From the NCBI RefSeq assembly GCF_037042905.1, contig NC_087263.1, positions 4,712,001 through 4,776,000 on the forward strand: a stretch of 64,000 nucleotides of DNA. The letters run 5' to 3'. The notes beneath the pieces are model-generated. The model saw only the letters and a program-made list of their open reading frames with translations, had not been told where the DNA came from and made no database searches. How positions within the stretch are numbered: position 1 is the first letter of the stretch; each line of letters starts with the position of its first letter. Below are positions 24,201 to 35,600 of the stretch, one piece after another. Made by a program: the position numbers and the translations under genes. Source of the stretch: Lytechinus pictus (lineage: Eukaryota).

Positions 24201-25144
24201 AAGTTTCCTCAGATGACATTTGTATTTAAAAGTAAAACGGAGGGTCTAGCCAAAAAAAGCAAAGCTTGTACAAAAGGCAAGCCCCTAACTTAATTTCATT
24301 ACAAAATTACAACAAAGAAATATTGGGTCTTGATAATATATAGAATTTTTGTTTAAAAAATGAATACAAACATTTTTTGTACAATTTACAAGAACGTAAC
24401 TGATGGATCGTGTGAGAAAATATTTTGTTTTACAATGTTAGAGAGAGAGAGAGGGGTGAGGGGGAGAAGACAGAAGGGACAGAGGAGTGCAGTGTACACT
24501 AAGTAGAAAGAAAGAAGAAAGTAGGCGGGCAGCAGGAGCAGCTACTTTGGCTAATTGCAATTTTAAGAATAAAACAAATAAAACAAATAATATGTATATA
24601 ATATGAGCGCATATAATATTGGTTATTGTTAAGTCTGTTTTATCGTAGGCCATGGTCTCACTCTTTACCAAAGTTATGTTATAGTATTAAAGCTGAAAAT
24701 GTCAAAAATTTGTTAACATTGTATGTTTTCTTTGTCAACTATGCTTTTACATCATGATATAATGGTGAAGAGAAATAATTCTGTTATTATTCCCAGACAG
24801 TAATATGAATTATCATCTATATAGAGTGTTTAAGCAAGTTTTATGAATCAGGGCTCTGGTGACCGTTTCATCAACATTTTTGTCTGACAAGTCAGATCTG
24901 ACATCTTTCCTTGATGCTGATTGGCTGAGAGGCACTGTTGCTATGGTAACTGGTGGATAAAACGTCCGACAAGTCCTTTCATGAAAGCTCCCCTAATCTT
25001 CACTCTTATTGTTTTACAGGAAAGACGGAGCATCCCCTAGTAAGTTGGTCAGAGAGTTTAGCCATCCACAGGATCATGGACAAACTCAGGCACGATGTGG
25101 GCTACTTCCATCAAGATGAGGAAACGGATAAGGGAACTTCTTGA
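18283..25144 (+). CDS. DHDH: Dimeric dihydrodiol dehydrogenase / D-xylose 1-dehydrogenase (NADP+)-like, copy A; exons 2-7 only
   Basis: GT-AG exons 18283-18446, 19520-19655, 20577-20690, 23351-23475, 23868-24048 and 25020-25144 splice in frame without stops. Motifs DIVYIG, KHVLCEKP, FFMEAIWSRFFP, GGALIDIGIY and GVDE are typical of DHDH (Gfo/Idh/MocA). Exon 1 was not found. Confidence 0.9.
18495..18643. mobile_element. Small MITE (PIF/Harbinger-like ends)
   Basis: AGGGGCCGGTTGCATAAAACT ... AGTTTTATGCAACAGGCCCCT. Confidence 0.65.
20070..20545. mobile_element. Kolobok-like MITE, family of 28298-28755
   Basis: AGTTCACCCTGACAAAAAG ... GGGTGAACCTCCCCTTAA; left tip eroded. Confidence 0.7.
20732..21298. 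mobile_element. Foldback/Mutator-like MITE built from TTCCGAAGGTTCG modules
   Basis: Left part has CCGAAGGTTCG repeats (15- and ~42-bp periods); right part has their reverse complement CGAACCTTCGG. ATTCACTT is directly repeated at 20724-20731 and 21299-21306. Confidence 0.75.
21794..23131 (+). mobile_element. Helentron-type non-autonomous element (HINE family 1) with six central repeats, in DHDH-A intron 4
   Basis: TTTTTGTCTCGCCTGCATAGCAGAGCGAGAC ... ATGCAGGCGAGACTGCCAGAGGCGTTCCACTTGTT. TTTCAGGTCAC anchors are spaced 192, 163, 163, 163 and 164 bp. Confidence 0.85.
24857..24994. mobile_element. Small MITE carrying X-box-like and CCAAT motifs
   Basis: CGTTTCATCAA ... TTCATGAAAGCTCCCC. An opposite-orientation relative lies at 38002-38162. 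Confidence 0.6.
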
Positions 25145-25424
25145 TTCAAAGATGTTTAGAGATGCTCCGGGTCCCGTCCTATAGAGAGTCGCGATTGATC
25201 AAATCAACCACAACTATGGAAAGCCAGTAATGTCAACATCTAAAATGCATGTTTCTTTCAAATATTTTCTAGAATTGCTGTATATTCATACATTCATTGT
25301 TTTCTTGAAAATTAAGTGTACTTCTCTTTTTTTACAAAGGACATTGTGCAAATTTTCTGTAAGAAAATTCTGACATTGCTGGCTTTCCATACAGTTGAGG
25401 TTGACCAGTAAAATAAAAATCAAT

Positions 25425-25891
25425 CAAATTGGTAATCACTATATTCATGGAGACTTCAAGTTGGCTGCATTTGTGATGTCATAGCGATGTAAGGCAGTGA
25501 CTACTCTTCCATGTAATTCAATGCATAAAATGGTTAAAATCACATTTTTCAGGAGTTATACTTCAAATTATATTTTTCTTTCATCAAGACATAAAACAGT
25601 ATACTACCAAGGCTATATTCAAATTATTACCCCAGCGGAATGGGTACTTTGGATGAAACCACAAATCCCTGATAATTAAGTTCATGGCCTATGGGAAAGT
25701 TGTCATTGCCCTTTGTCATAATTTACTTACCCAGTTGCCAATTTTAAATCTACATAGTCTTGGGGATTTCAATTTTAAAGCAGCCATAACTCCCGTATTG
25801 CTTGTCCGATTTCGTTCAACCTTTCATCATTCTGTTTTACTTATTTTTCTCCTTTTATAACATTTATGACCAAGGCTGGATTCCCCTTTAA
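25425..25891. mobile_element. Kolobok-like MITE, left-truncated, downstream of the DHDH-A stop
   Basis: Colinear with 39960-40435. Ends CCAAGGCTGGATTCCCCTTTAA. Confidence 0.65.
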
Positions 25892-26070
25892 TGTATTTCC
25901 CTGTAATCTAAAACATATAATCAATTCAGTTAAAAGTCTAACTGTTAGTCTATGGCAATCATTGTACAAACAGTATACATCAGTATTAAGCATATCTAAG
26001 ATACACCTTATATATTACAGGGTATTATGTTTTGATATTATTTACATTGTATGATGTATGAGAGTATAAC

Positions 26071-26243
26071 GGGGCCGTTTCATAAAGCTGTTCGTAAGTT
26101 AAGAGCAGCTTTAAGAACGACTGGTGAACCTTTCTCATGCGCTAAACCATCGCCAATGATGTATACCATTTACCAAAAGAAAGGATCACCAGTCGTTCTT
26201 AAAGTCGCTCTTATCTTACGAACAGCTTTATGAAACACCCACC
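26071..26243. mobile_element. Small MITE (Harbinger-like)
   Basis: GGGGCCGTTTCATAAAGCTGTTCGTAAG ... CTTACGAACAGCTTTATGAAACACCC. A diverged relative lies at ~46030-46210. Confidence 0.7.
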
Positions 26244-28297
26244 AGGTTTTTTAACTGGCTTCTTGTGCTACTAGTTGCTCAGAAAAATTCATTCTCATAA
26301 GATAAAAATATGTTTTTATTTTTTTATATGTCCCATATGTATATTGAATGGTTTTGTATTTGGTAGGTATAAGCTTGCTATTCATAATGACCATGCTCCA
26401 TGATGACCATAGCTCATGAAGAACATTACTTTTGCATTTGACTTCCCGGACATGCTTAAGTTGGGGTAGAGACTCTGAATTAGGACAATTAAAAGCTTTT
26501 CTTTTTCTGTGATTTTCTCTTCTTTTGTTACAGGTAAAGCTAATTACACACCCCTATGGTGAATTTTGTATATTTCCTACTACCTATTGAAAAACTCATT
26601 CAACAATAATTCATTTTTGTATCACTGCCTTTTTTTTGTATTTCATCATGTGTGCTAATGGAAAACAGGTACAAAGCAATTAAAGGTGTTTCTATTTTTT
26701 CTCTGGGTATATTTATAATTTATAATTATAATAATAAGGTATTTTGTATAGTGCACATATCCACCGTGTTAGGTGCTCAAGGCCCTCCTGTAATACCCCA
26801 ACTGTAAAGCCAGGCTACCACCGTGCTCACAGCTTATGGGGGGGGGGGTCAATTATCCCCTCCACAAATTTTGCTACTATGCTGCCGCATACATTTTTTG
26901 ACTGACTTTTTGTCTCTCCTGAACGAAGTTGGGCAGAGACCTATTGATCACTTTTCCTGTTGTTCTTGTTCAACTTGCCCTCATTTCTTTATTTCTTCAT
27001 CAATTATTATGACCCCCAATATGCATGATGACGTCCCCCACGGTCACCCCCTCCCCATGATATACTGGGTACCGTAACACAAAGGTTAGCAATTAATCGT
27101 ACGCTCGATTTTTACGATTGATTGTACATTGTAGTCAATAGAATCAATCATAGAAAAATGTTCTGCGATCATTGCTAAGCTTTGTGTTACGAGCCCCTGG
27201 TGGTGGTTTGGATAGGGAATTGTTGGATAATTAGTGGATTATATTGCCTCATTTGTAAGAGGAAAGGTTCTCTAGTGGTAAAACTGTTATCAATTATGGC
27301 ATGACAATTGTGATATATTTTGATACTTCAAGGTTTTAGAGTGGTGAAATTATATCTACTCAAATGATATTGAAACTTTTAAGGGAAATTGGTGTTAAAT
27401 TGTATGTTTTCTGTAATTGCAAGGTGTTGGAATAGTAAAGTCTGAAATTATTTTAATTCAACATGTAATTTTATAATGAAAAATTAAGTATTGTTTAGTC
27501 AACTTTAAAGTCTTGCTGTTGTATTTTCAATTACATGTTTAACTTTTTTTTTGGGTAATAGAAGTATAAGGAATAAATAAGCAAGTATATTTTCTGAAAT
27601 GCACGTGTACAGTCTTTTACTTTTGTGGTTATTTCATTTTCCCCATTGTATTACTAGTTAGGGATGAAGGGTTTATTTTTTTTTTATCTGAATAGCATTC
27701 AATCAAGGAAAAAACAAATTTGTGAAATCATGTTACTACCATTACACTATGGGGCACATGAGAGTAATTCATCTGCGCGCAAAGCATGTCGGACAGGCGT
27801 AAGTAAAGATCACATGACTTTATTGATTAAAATAATTCATTAAAAATAGATCAAATGTTTGTATATCAAAAGAAAAACGATAGAGATAATGCTATGTTCA
27901 TACTCTTTCATAATTAAGGCGTTTGGGGAGGCTAGACTGCATTTTTGTATTTCATTTTAATTATTATAACCCACAATGCAGTTCTGTTTTTTCTGGCAAT
28001 GAACTGGCCGAAATTATGTTAATCTTATTTCAGGCCATTTAACTTTTGATTGAGCTGGGCAAGTACCTGATTAACATATCAAGTCTTAATGTACTGTAAA
28101 TTGTGACTAATGTCAGTGAATTAAAGCAAAATCTATCGAGGGATTGATTTTTAATGATTTTTTGATGAGCTATGATATAACACGTGAGTGAATGGGGGTC
28201 TGTAATACTCATGTGTGCCCTATGAAAAATGAAAACAGAAGATTTACTTGAATTTCCATTATACCTGTTTTATTGTTAAAAAATTATGTCCATTATC

Positions 28298-28755
28298 TTA
28301 AAGGGGAAGTTCACCCTGACAAAAAGTATATTGTACAAATTGAAAAAAATTTAAAAAAAATTGCCAAAGGTTTGAGAAAATCCATCAAAGAATAAAAAAG
28401 TTATTAGAATTTTTATTATTTGATTTGTGGCGTCGTATGAGCAGCTTTCCTACATATCGTATGGTAAAAAAATCAATGGAATGTCAATTTCTCAGAAAAT
28501 TGAAAATGGTTTTTATTGTACCTCCGCTCCTAAACAGAAAACAAAAATAAGTCATCATAAACCATTGAAATTTGAAATTTAAGCTTATGCATTTTATATT
28601 ACATAACATATAGAGCAGCTGCTTGTTTATCACGTCACAATTCCAGAATTGAACATTCTAGCAACTTTTCTTAATTTTCCTCAATTTTTCACCAATGTTT
28701 TTATTATTCTGCTATTTTTACAACAAACTTTCTTCAGGGTGAACTTCCCATTTAA
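28298..28755. mobile_element. Kolobok-like MITE with TTAA TSD
   Basis: TTAA|AGGGGAAGTTCACCCTGA ... TCAGGGTGAACTTCCCAT|TTAA. Confidence 0.8.
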
Positions 28756-29622
28756 AGACTAATTGAGTGGGGGGGGGTAGGAAAAGCAGGGGGTGAACAA
28801 CACTGTGGGGTGTGATAGAGATAAAGAGAGGATTAGAAGGGAGTGAGTTATAGAGAGAAAGGGAGAGAGAAGAGGGAGGGGTGTCTTTTTTTTTTTTTTT
28901 ACAATTGACAATAGGAAAGAAATGAAAAACAGTGATCTTACCCCTAATATCTGCCAAACTTGTTTTCTTTCAGTTTCAGAAATGGAGAGCTGTAAAAGAC
29001 CATTTATATCAACATTACTATATTTCATAACAAACTTGATTACGAATATATCTGGAAAATTATTTAAAAAAACGTTTGTAGTGATTTGTCATGCTTGATA
29101 TAAACCCCGTTGATCATGTTCATATTCCTGTGTTGGCCTCGCCAGCTTCACTCCTTCGAAATTTGAACACTCAGCGAGCGCATTATATTAATACTGAAAC
29201 TTTTTTAAAAGTTTGAACCATATGCCCCACAGACCACGCCTACCAAGTCGGTCAATGAGAAACGTACCTGGGGAAATATCGCCTGACCTGGGAACAACTT
29301 AACACGTGCATGTGACTCAAAATGTAAACAATCGAGTTGTTTCTCATCCAGACTCTACTTTAGATTTAATTTTTGATTACGCAGTATTGGATATTATTAG
29401 ATTAAAACATATTGTTGAATATATTATATATTCCATATGAATTCACGTTTTGTTAAAGTTGATAACCAATTATGCAAAATTTCCAATTGTATTATTCGTT
29501 ATATTTATGGAAAAAATAATATTTTGCTCCCCGGAGCTCGGAAAAGCCCATTAATTGCAAAATGTGAACTCTACGCGCGCACCCTGCTTGGCATGGTAGC
29601 AGTTCGGTTCTTCTTTACTAAA

Positions 29623-32600
29623 ATGGGGAAACTTAGATGGGGTATCTGCACAGCAGGTAAAATTGCTCAAGACTTTTCAAACGCCATTTGTGACCTAAAG
29701 GACCATGCAATCCAGGCGATCGCGTCACGGTCTCTAGAAAGAGCAGAAGAATTAGCTGAAAAAGTAGGAGCGAAATCGAGCTATGGAAGTTACGACTCTC
29801 TCGCCGCTGACCCGAATGTTGGTAAGCTTCGTTGGGGGAACTCCCGGGTTCAAATACAGAGCACGTCCCATGCTCTTGTGGTAATCATATGCATGCATGT
29901 AATTAGCCCGGAGGGGCCACTTCCATTGACAAGTGGATACCATGCGCGACCACAGGGTCTCGAAAAGCACCCTAAACAAGTATTTTCCATATTCTGAAAA
30001 TGCACCCCTTAACAAGTATTGGCGTGTGAATCCCTACCCTCAACAAGTAATGATCTGAACAGACTGAAGTATTGCCTTGGAAAGAAAACGATACCCTTGG
30101 CAAGTATTCTCTGAATTGAACACCTAAACAAGTATACAGCGATATCTTAATTGTTATTATGTCTTTCTTTGATTTAGAGCTAAAAGTTGAGCTTATTTTA
30201 GCTTTCCTCTTTCAATTTCAGCTTTTTTCAACACTTATCTTCAGCCTTTTACATATATTTTTATTTACCCGCACCTCTGGATGATCTAAGACAGTCTTTG
30301 ACTTCTAATTAAATAACTGAATTAAAAGCTCAATTATAATTTTTTCTTGGGATTGATGTCTAGGAAAGTACCAGAGACAGTGCCTTGCTCAACTGCTCTA
30401 TTTATCAACAGGGCATATAGTGTACAATTAGACGAGCATATTGTTTTTATATTGATTACTGATATTTTTATGCTCTTTTACAGATATCGTGTACATTGGG
30501 AGTGTTAACATTGCCCATATTCCTCTGTGCAAGCTGTTCCTGAATGCCAAGAAACATGTCCTGTGTGAAAAGCCTCTTGGTGTACATTCTAAAGAAGTTG
30601 GTGAAGCAATCGAAGTTGCAAGACAGAATGGTGTGTTTTTCATGGAGGTAAATATTTACTCAATGCAACCAACCACACTAACTTTTTTTCTTGGTGGCCT
30701 GATTGCCGATCGGTCCACCAAAATCATTGATTTCACATTTTTGCTGGCCCCCAACGCAAATTTGATGGCCTTGAAACAAAAGAAAATATTGCAACTTATC
30801 AAAACATTGGTAGCCAATCTGGGCCACCAAGTGTGGGCTTGTACAGAATCTTGGTGGCCTGACTCATTTTTGGTTGCCTTGGGCCACTGCTAATGTCGAT
30901 CCCTGCTTAATGTTATCAACTAAAACAGATCTCAACACCTGGACAAGTTAGTCATATCCACCAACTCCTGAGTTAGCTCCAATCTTATTAAACTTGTTTC
31001 ACAAAGGCTTCCTAACTAGAATCCCTTGATATCGATATCATCGGCAGAAAGAGCAGGCGAGACGTGGCCTTAGTCACAAAATAGCATAATTTTCATAAAG
31101 CGAAATTATGATAAAACTGAAATTATTGTGATGAATTGGGAAATATATCTAATAAAAATAATAGCAGAGCTAAAATGTGCATGATACATACTTGGACCAT
31201 GAAGACTGGAGCATTCAATTGCTGAGAAAATGAAATTATGAATAATTCATTTCATGACTAAAAAATCACATGTGGACGTTGAGATGGGTACCCCCGGGAT
31301 ATCAAATTTTAATTGTTTATGGAAGTAAACTGTAAAGGTTTTCTGTGTAAAATGATGACAATATTATGTTTCTTCATGATTTCCAACATCAACAGTGTTG
31401 GAAATCTAAACCTAAATTGTTTAAATCTTTAGATACTGAATCAAACAATTTGACAAATTCTATGCATAGATTAGAGATAGAATTGATCAAAATGTTGATA
31501 AGGGTCTGAAAACAACGAATACAAGGCTTGAAGATTAGCCCATTTTTTAATTAGATGAAATGGCTTCATACCAAGCAGGGGCGTAGACAACGGGGGGGAT
31601 GAGGGGGATGCATCCCCCCCACCTCACAAGGTGGGGGGGATGGCATGTACAATCATCCCCCCCAGGTTTTGGGGAATGATATTTGGTTACTTAATAAGTC
31701 ATAATGATGATAATAATAGTAATAATAATAATGATAACAATTATAATATTAATAATAATTATGATGATGATAATAATAATCCTCATCATTATTGTAATTG
31801 TGTTTATTGTTATTAGCCGCATTCACACGGTGAAAGCCAATTCAGACGGTAAAAAAAAGAAAATCTTACAAGTATTTTGTGGTTATCTTGTGGTTTGGAA
31901 ACCACAAGATAACCACAAGATTAATCGCGCATATTTTGCAGTGCGCGCAATCTCGTGGTGTGGAAACCAAAAGATAACCACGAGTTTTGCGTGTTCAAAT
32001 GGGGCAAACCACGTGTTATAGGCATTATACATTGTGTGCAAAATGCATCAGCGCAATCTAAAACAGAATAGAAAATGAATGTGATACAACAGTATACATA
32101 ATAATTCGTGACAGAGAGTACCATACTACTATCTTTATAACATATATAATTATGTATAATCATGAATTGTTCAACTTCATGCTCCCACTATATGACTATT
32201 GTTACACTAATACTGATATCAGGACTGACTGGTATACATTAGTTTGTTGTTAAGCTTGCAGCAGCTACATCTTTTCTGTATTGTTAACTATTTATTTATT
32301 TTTGTTTTATTTAAGATGCACTTTGCTTTGTATTCATTTAAAGTATGTTGATTGATGCATGAAGACATAAGTTTGAAATGTTTAAAGAAGTTTGTTTCAT
32401 GTAAAGCGCAGTGTGAATTTACCCTGTCTTGAAATGCGAGATAAAAGGAACCTATTAGTATTAGCATTATNNNNNNNNNNNNNNNNNNNNNNNNNNNNNN
32501 NNNNNNNNNNNNNNNNNNNNNNNNNNNNNNNNNNNNNNNNNNNNNNNNNNNNNNNNNNNNNNNNNNNNNNNNNNNNNNNNNNNNNNNNNNNNNNNNNNNN

Positions 32601-35600
32601 NNNNNATAGAAGTAAATAATGCCCTAATTTGAAACGATGCAATGCCGTTATGGTTCCGATTTCTTCACAAACTTACAAAGCAGTATTGTTACTCCATGGA
32701 TCATAGTGATACTGTTTATGTTTTTTGTATCTGTATGTTAATGAGCCGCCAGCCAATATCCATCTATGGATACTATGCCTGTTTCTTTGAGGTAAAAAAA
32801 AGCATAGTATGTACGTATTCATTATGCTTTATAATGAACAGACGTATTGTTATTTGTTTGTTGTTTATGTGTTCTATTCACAAATGGCCACAGAGGCTGT
32901 TTTCATTCATAACCACATACCCATATCAAGACAACAAAGACTATACCTGCGTGTACACAGTTGACATTGGTTTTTTTTCTGAAGAGGTGTAACAGCAAAA
33001 TTCACAGAGATAAATAAATACGTAGTGTGGTTCAATATGCAATACTATGTGTCAGTCCATTCTGTATTCGTATGCCACGGTGTGTAGATCTTGTCGATGT
33101 ATGTCTGTCCATTCAAGGCGTAGTATGTGTGTGGTGCGCGCACCCGTGTGTGAGAGTATGTGTGTGTGTGCGTGCGCGCTTGTGTGTGTTATTTTACCTC
33201 ATTAAGTATGCATCAGATTGCACGATTTCAAGTTCAAAATTGCAAAAGCTCCCTACCGTGGGAGGGGGGACACCCCCCTCCCACACCCTCCCCCCGCTCG
33301 GTCGCTTCGCTCTCTCGCTCGGGCGCTTCGCGCCCTCACTAGCGTTGGCAGCCCAGTCATCCCCCCCAGGTGTACGAACCTGTCTACGCCACTGATACCA
33401 AGTGCACATAGGTCCAAGCTGTTCTAACAAATTTTTACCCTCTTTTATCGGACTGCATATAGGGTTTATGGAGCAGGTTCTTCCCGGCATATGACAAGAT
33501 CAGAAAACTACTTTTAGATGGAGAGATTGGAGATGTGAAATTCATCACAGCGGATTTCTGTTTGAATGGGACGAGTAGTGGAATCTGCCATGATAAAAGT
33601 AAGCATCCATATTGATAGTTTCTTTGGCAATGCGTTGGCGTTTGCTTCCAGGGGCGTATCAGGGAGAGGGGTTGGGGGCATGCCCCCCAATACGCCCCTG
33701 GAAGCAAATGCTCGGGACGTTAAATGTAAAGAGGGATAAAAAATGGAGTCTGTCATGATAAGAGTAAGGTTCTACATTTAGATTCTTTGACAAGGCACAA
33801 GTTTTCCCCTAGTGACAAGTGATTCATGTGGCATATCTGGAACAAATTAAAAGGGAGGGGGGGGGGGGTGGATTGAAACAAACTAAAAACCAAATTGACC
33901 TTCAAAATATCGGTTGCACTAAATATAACCTACACCCCCATTACCCCAATCTAAAAATAAACCAAGTGCAAAGCTAACAATACATAGAACATTTTACCTA
34001 ATCCAAGCAAAAAAAAAATATATATATATTTACTGGGGCTACTTTTCTCAACTTACTGTCTATATGACTGCAACATTGGATAAGCTTTAACATTGAGATG
34101 AATGGGGATTTGAGCATTTCAGGGGCTAAATCGCTCCAATCCCCCAGATAAATTTTTCTCCCTGACCTAACCCCAAGCCCAGGTTAACAACCCGAACCCA
34201 TTCCTCAATGCATCATCAGAGTGATAGTGTCACAGTGGCAAATGTTTACAACCAGGTAACAAAGAGGGAATAAATTGGATTGTAAAATTAAAAAAAGATC
34301 TTGGTGAAATAGGAAAGGTATTGGCATTTTTTGTAGGTATAATTAACCATTTTAGAGTTGTTTTAGTCTAGTTTTTATTGAATTATCTGTATGTGTGTGA
34401 AGCATTAGCAAGTTTGAAAAGACAGATGGTGCTGTATTGACAATGTTGACTACCGGTAACCCATAGGTTCAACTGATGGTTTTAAAAACCAACTTTGTGA
34501 ATTCGGGCCTTTTTTACTCTTCAGCTTTGATGTGAAAAAAGAATATTTTAGAAGGAAATACATGAATATTCATCAAATCACAAATGCTCATATCAGTGAA
34601 TTTGAAAACCACTTTGATGGTTTATCTCAAATGACTGTTTGCTGCCCATATGCAGTTTCAACTGTGAAAAAAGCTTATTGTGATTTGTTTTTCATGCAGG
34701 TGTGAATGATGGAGCCGTATATAATATTATAAAAATACATATAAGGAGTGGTCTATGGCGACAGGTTAACACAAAAGTCCAGGGTTCGATTCCCGGCCAG
34801 GGCATCTTGGGGAAGAATTATACTATCCACCACGGGCGTAAATCCTTGACGTCATGCTATTCAAGTGGGGGGGGGGGGTGGAACAATAAATCATCTCCCC
34901 CTGAACAGTAGGTGTGATGCAAGGATGTACGCCAGTGCTATCCACTGCTCTTTTATAATGAAATAAATGAAAATGCTATAAGCATTATGTCTATCAATAT
35001 GTGCATTTTTTTTTTAAAAAGGTCATTATTGTGATTTGCACTTCATGTAGGTGTAGGTGATGGAGCCCTATATAATATAGGGATCTACCCAATCCAACTG
35101 GCGACCATGGTGTTAGGACCAAACCCCACCTTGGTTCAAGGGGTTGGAGGTATGACACAAACAGGTGAGTACATACTGACTTGACACGTTTGGGGGCCTG
35201 TTTCAGAAGGACTTGTTATAATGACGAATGCACATTTTCTATAAACAAGTTTACTATCGGCCAACTGAATTGAATGACTTTTTTTGGGCGCGTCGTGGTC
35301 AAGTGGTTCTGACTCTCGCCTTTCAATCAGAGAGACGTGGGTTCGAATCCTAGCCATGGTGTAGTTTCCTTCAACAAGAAATTCATCCACACTGTGCTGC
35401 ACTCGACCCAGGTGAGGTAAATGGGCACCTGGCAGGATTCATTCCTTGCATGCACTGAGCGCCGGTGATGGTAGCTCGAGCTAAAGCTGGGGTAATGCAG
35501 CGCTTTGTATCCTCAGGCAAAAAGCGCTTTATAAATACAGCTATTATTTATTATTTTAACCTGAAAAGTTATAAACCTGACTAGAGTCGGAGTCTTAGTA

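Noticed and set aside
27745-28225. Possible TIR element with GGGCACA-type ends
   Set aside because: The inverted similarity is short and imperfect, and no TSD was found.
29437-29997. 186-aa ORF as a single-exon protein
   Set aside because: Only 29623-29821 is DHDH-like. The rest is upstream sequence and read-through past the GTAAGC donor into intron and MITE. An in-frame ATG at 29593 cannot be excluded as the start.
31704-32021. Hydrophobic Ile/Met-rich ORF
   Set aside because: It is the translation of an (AAT/GAT)n microsatellite.
32392-32642. ORFs crossing the N run
   Set aside because: Artefacts of the assembly gap.
35287-35372. tRNA genes at 35287, 39237 and ~34745
   Set aside because: A and B boxes are present, but two continue into a shared SINE body with (TAT)n tails and the third is a degenerate fragment. 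No convincing cloverleaf.
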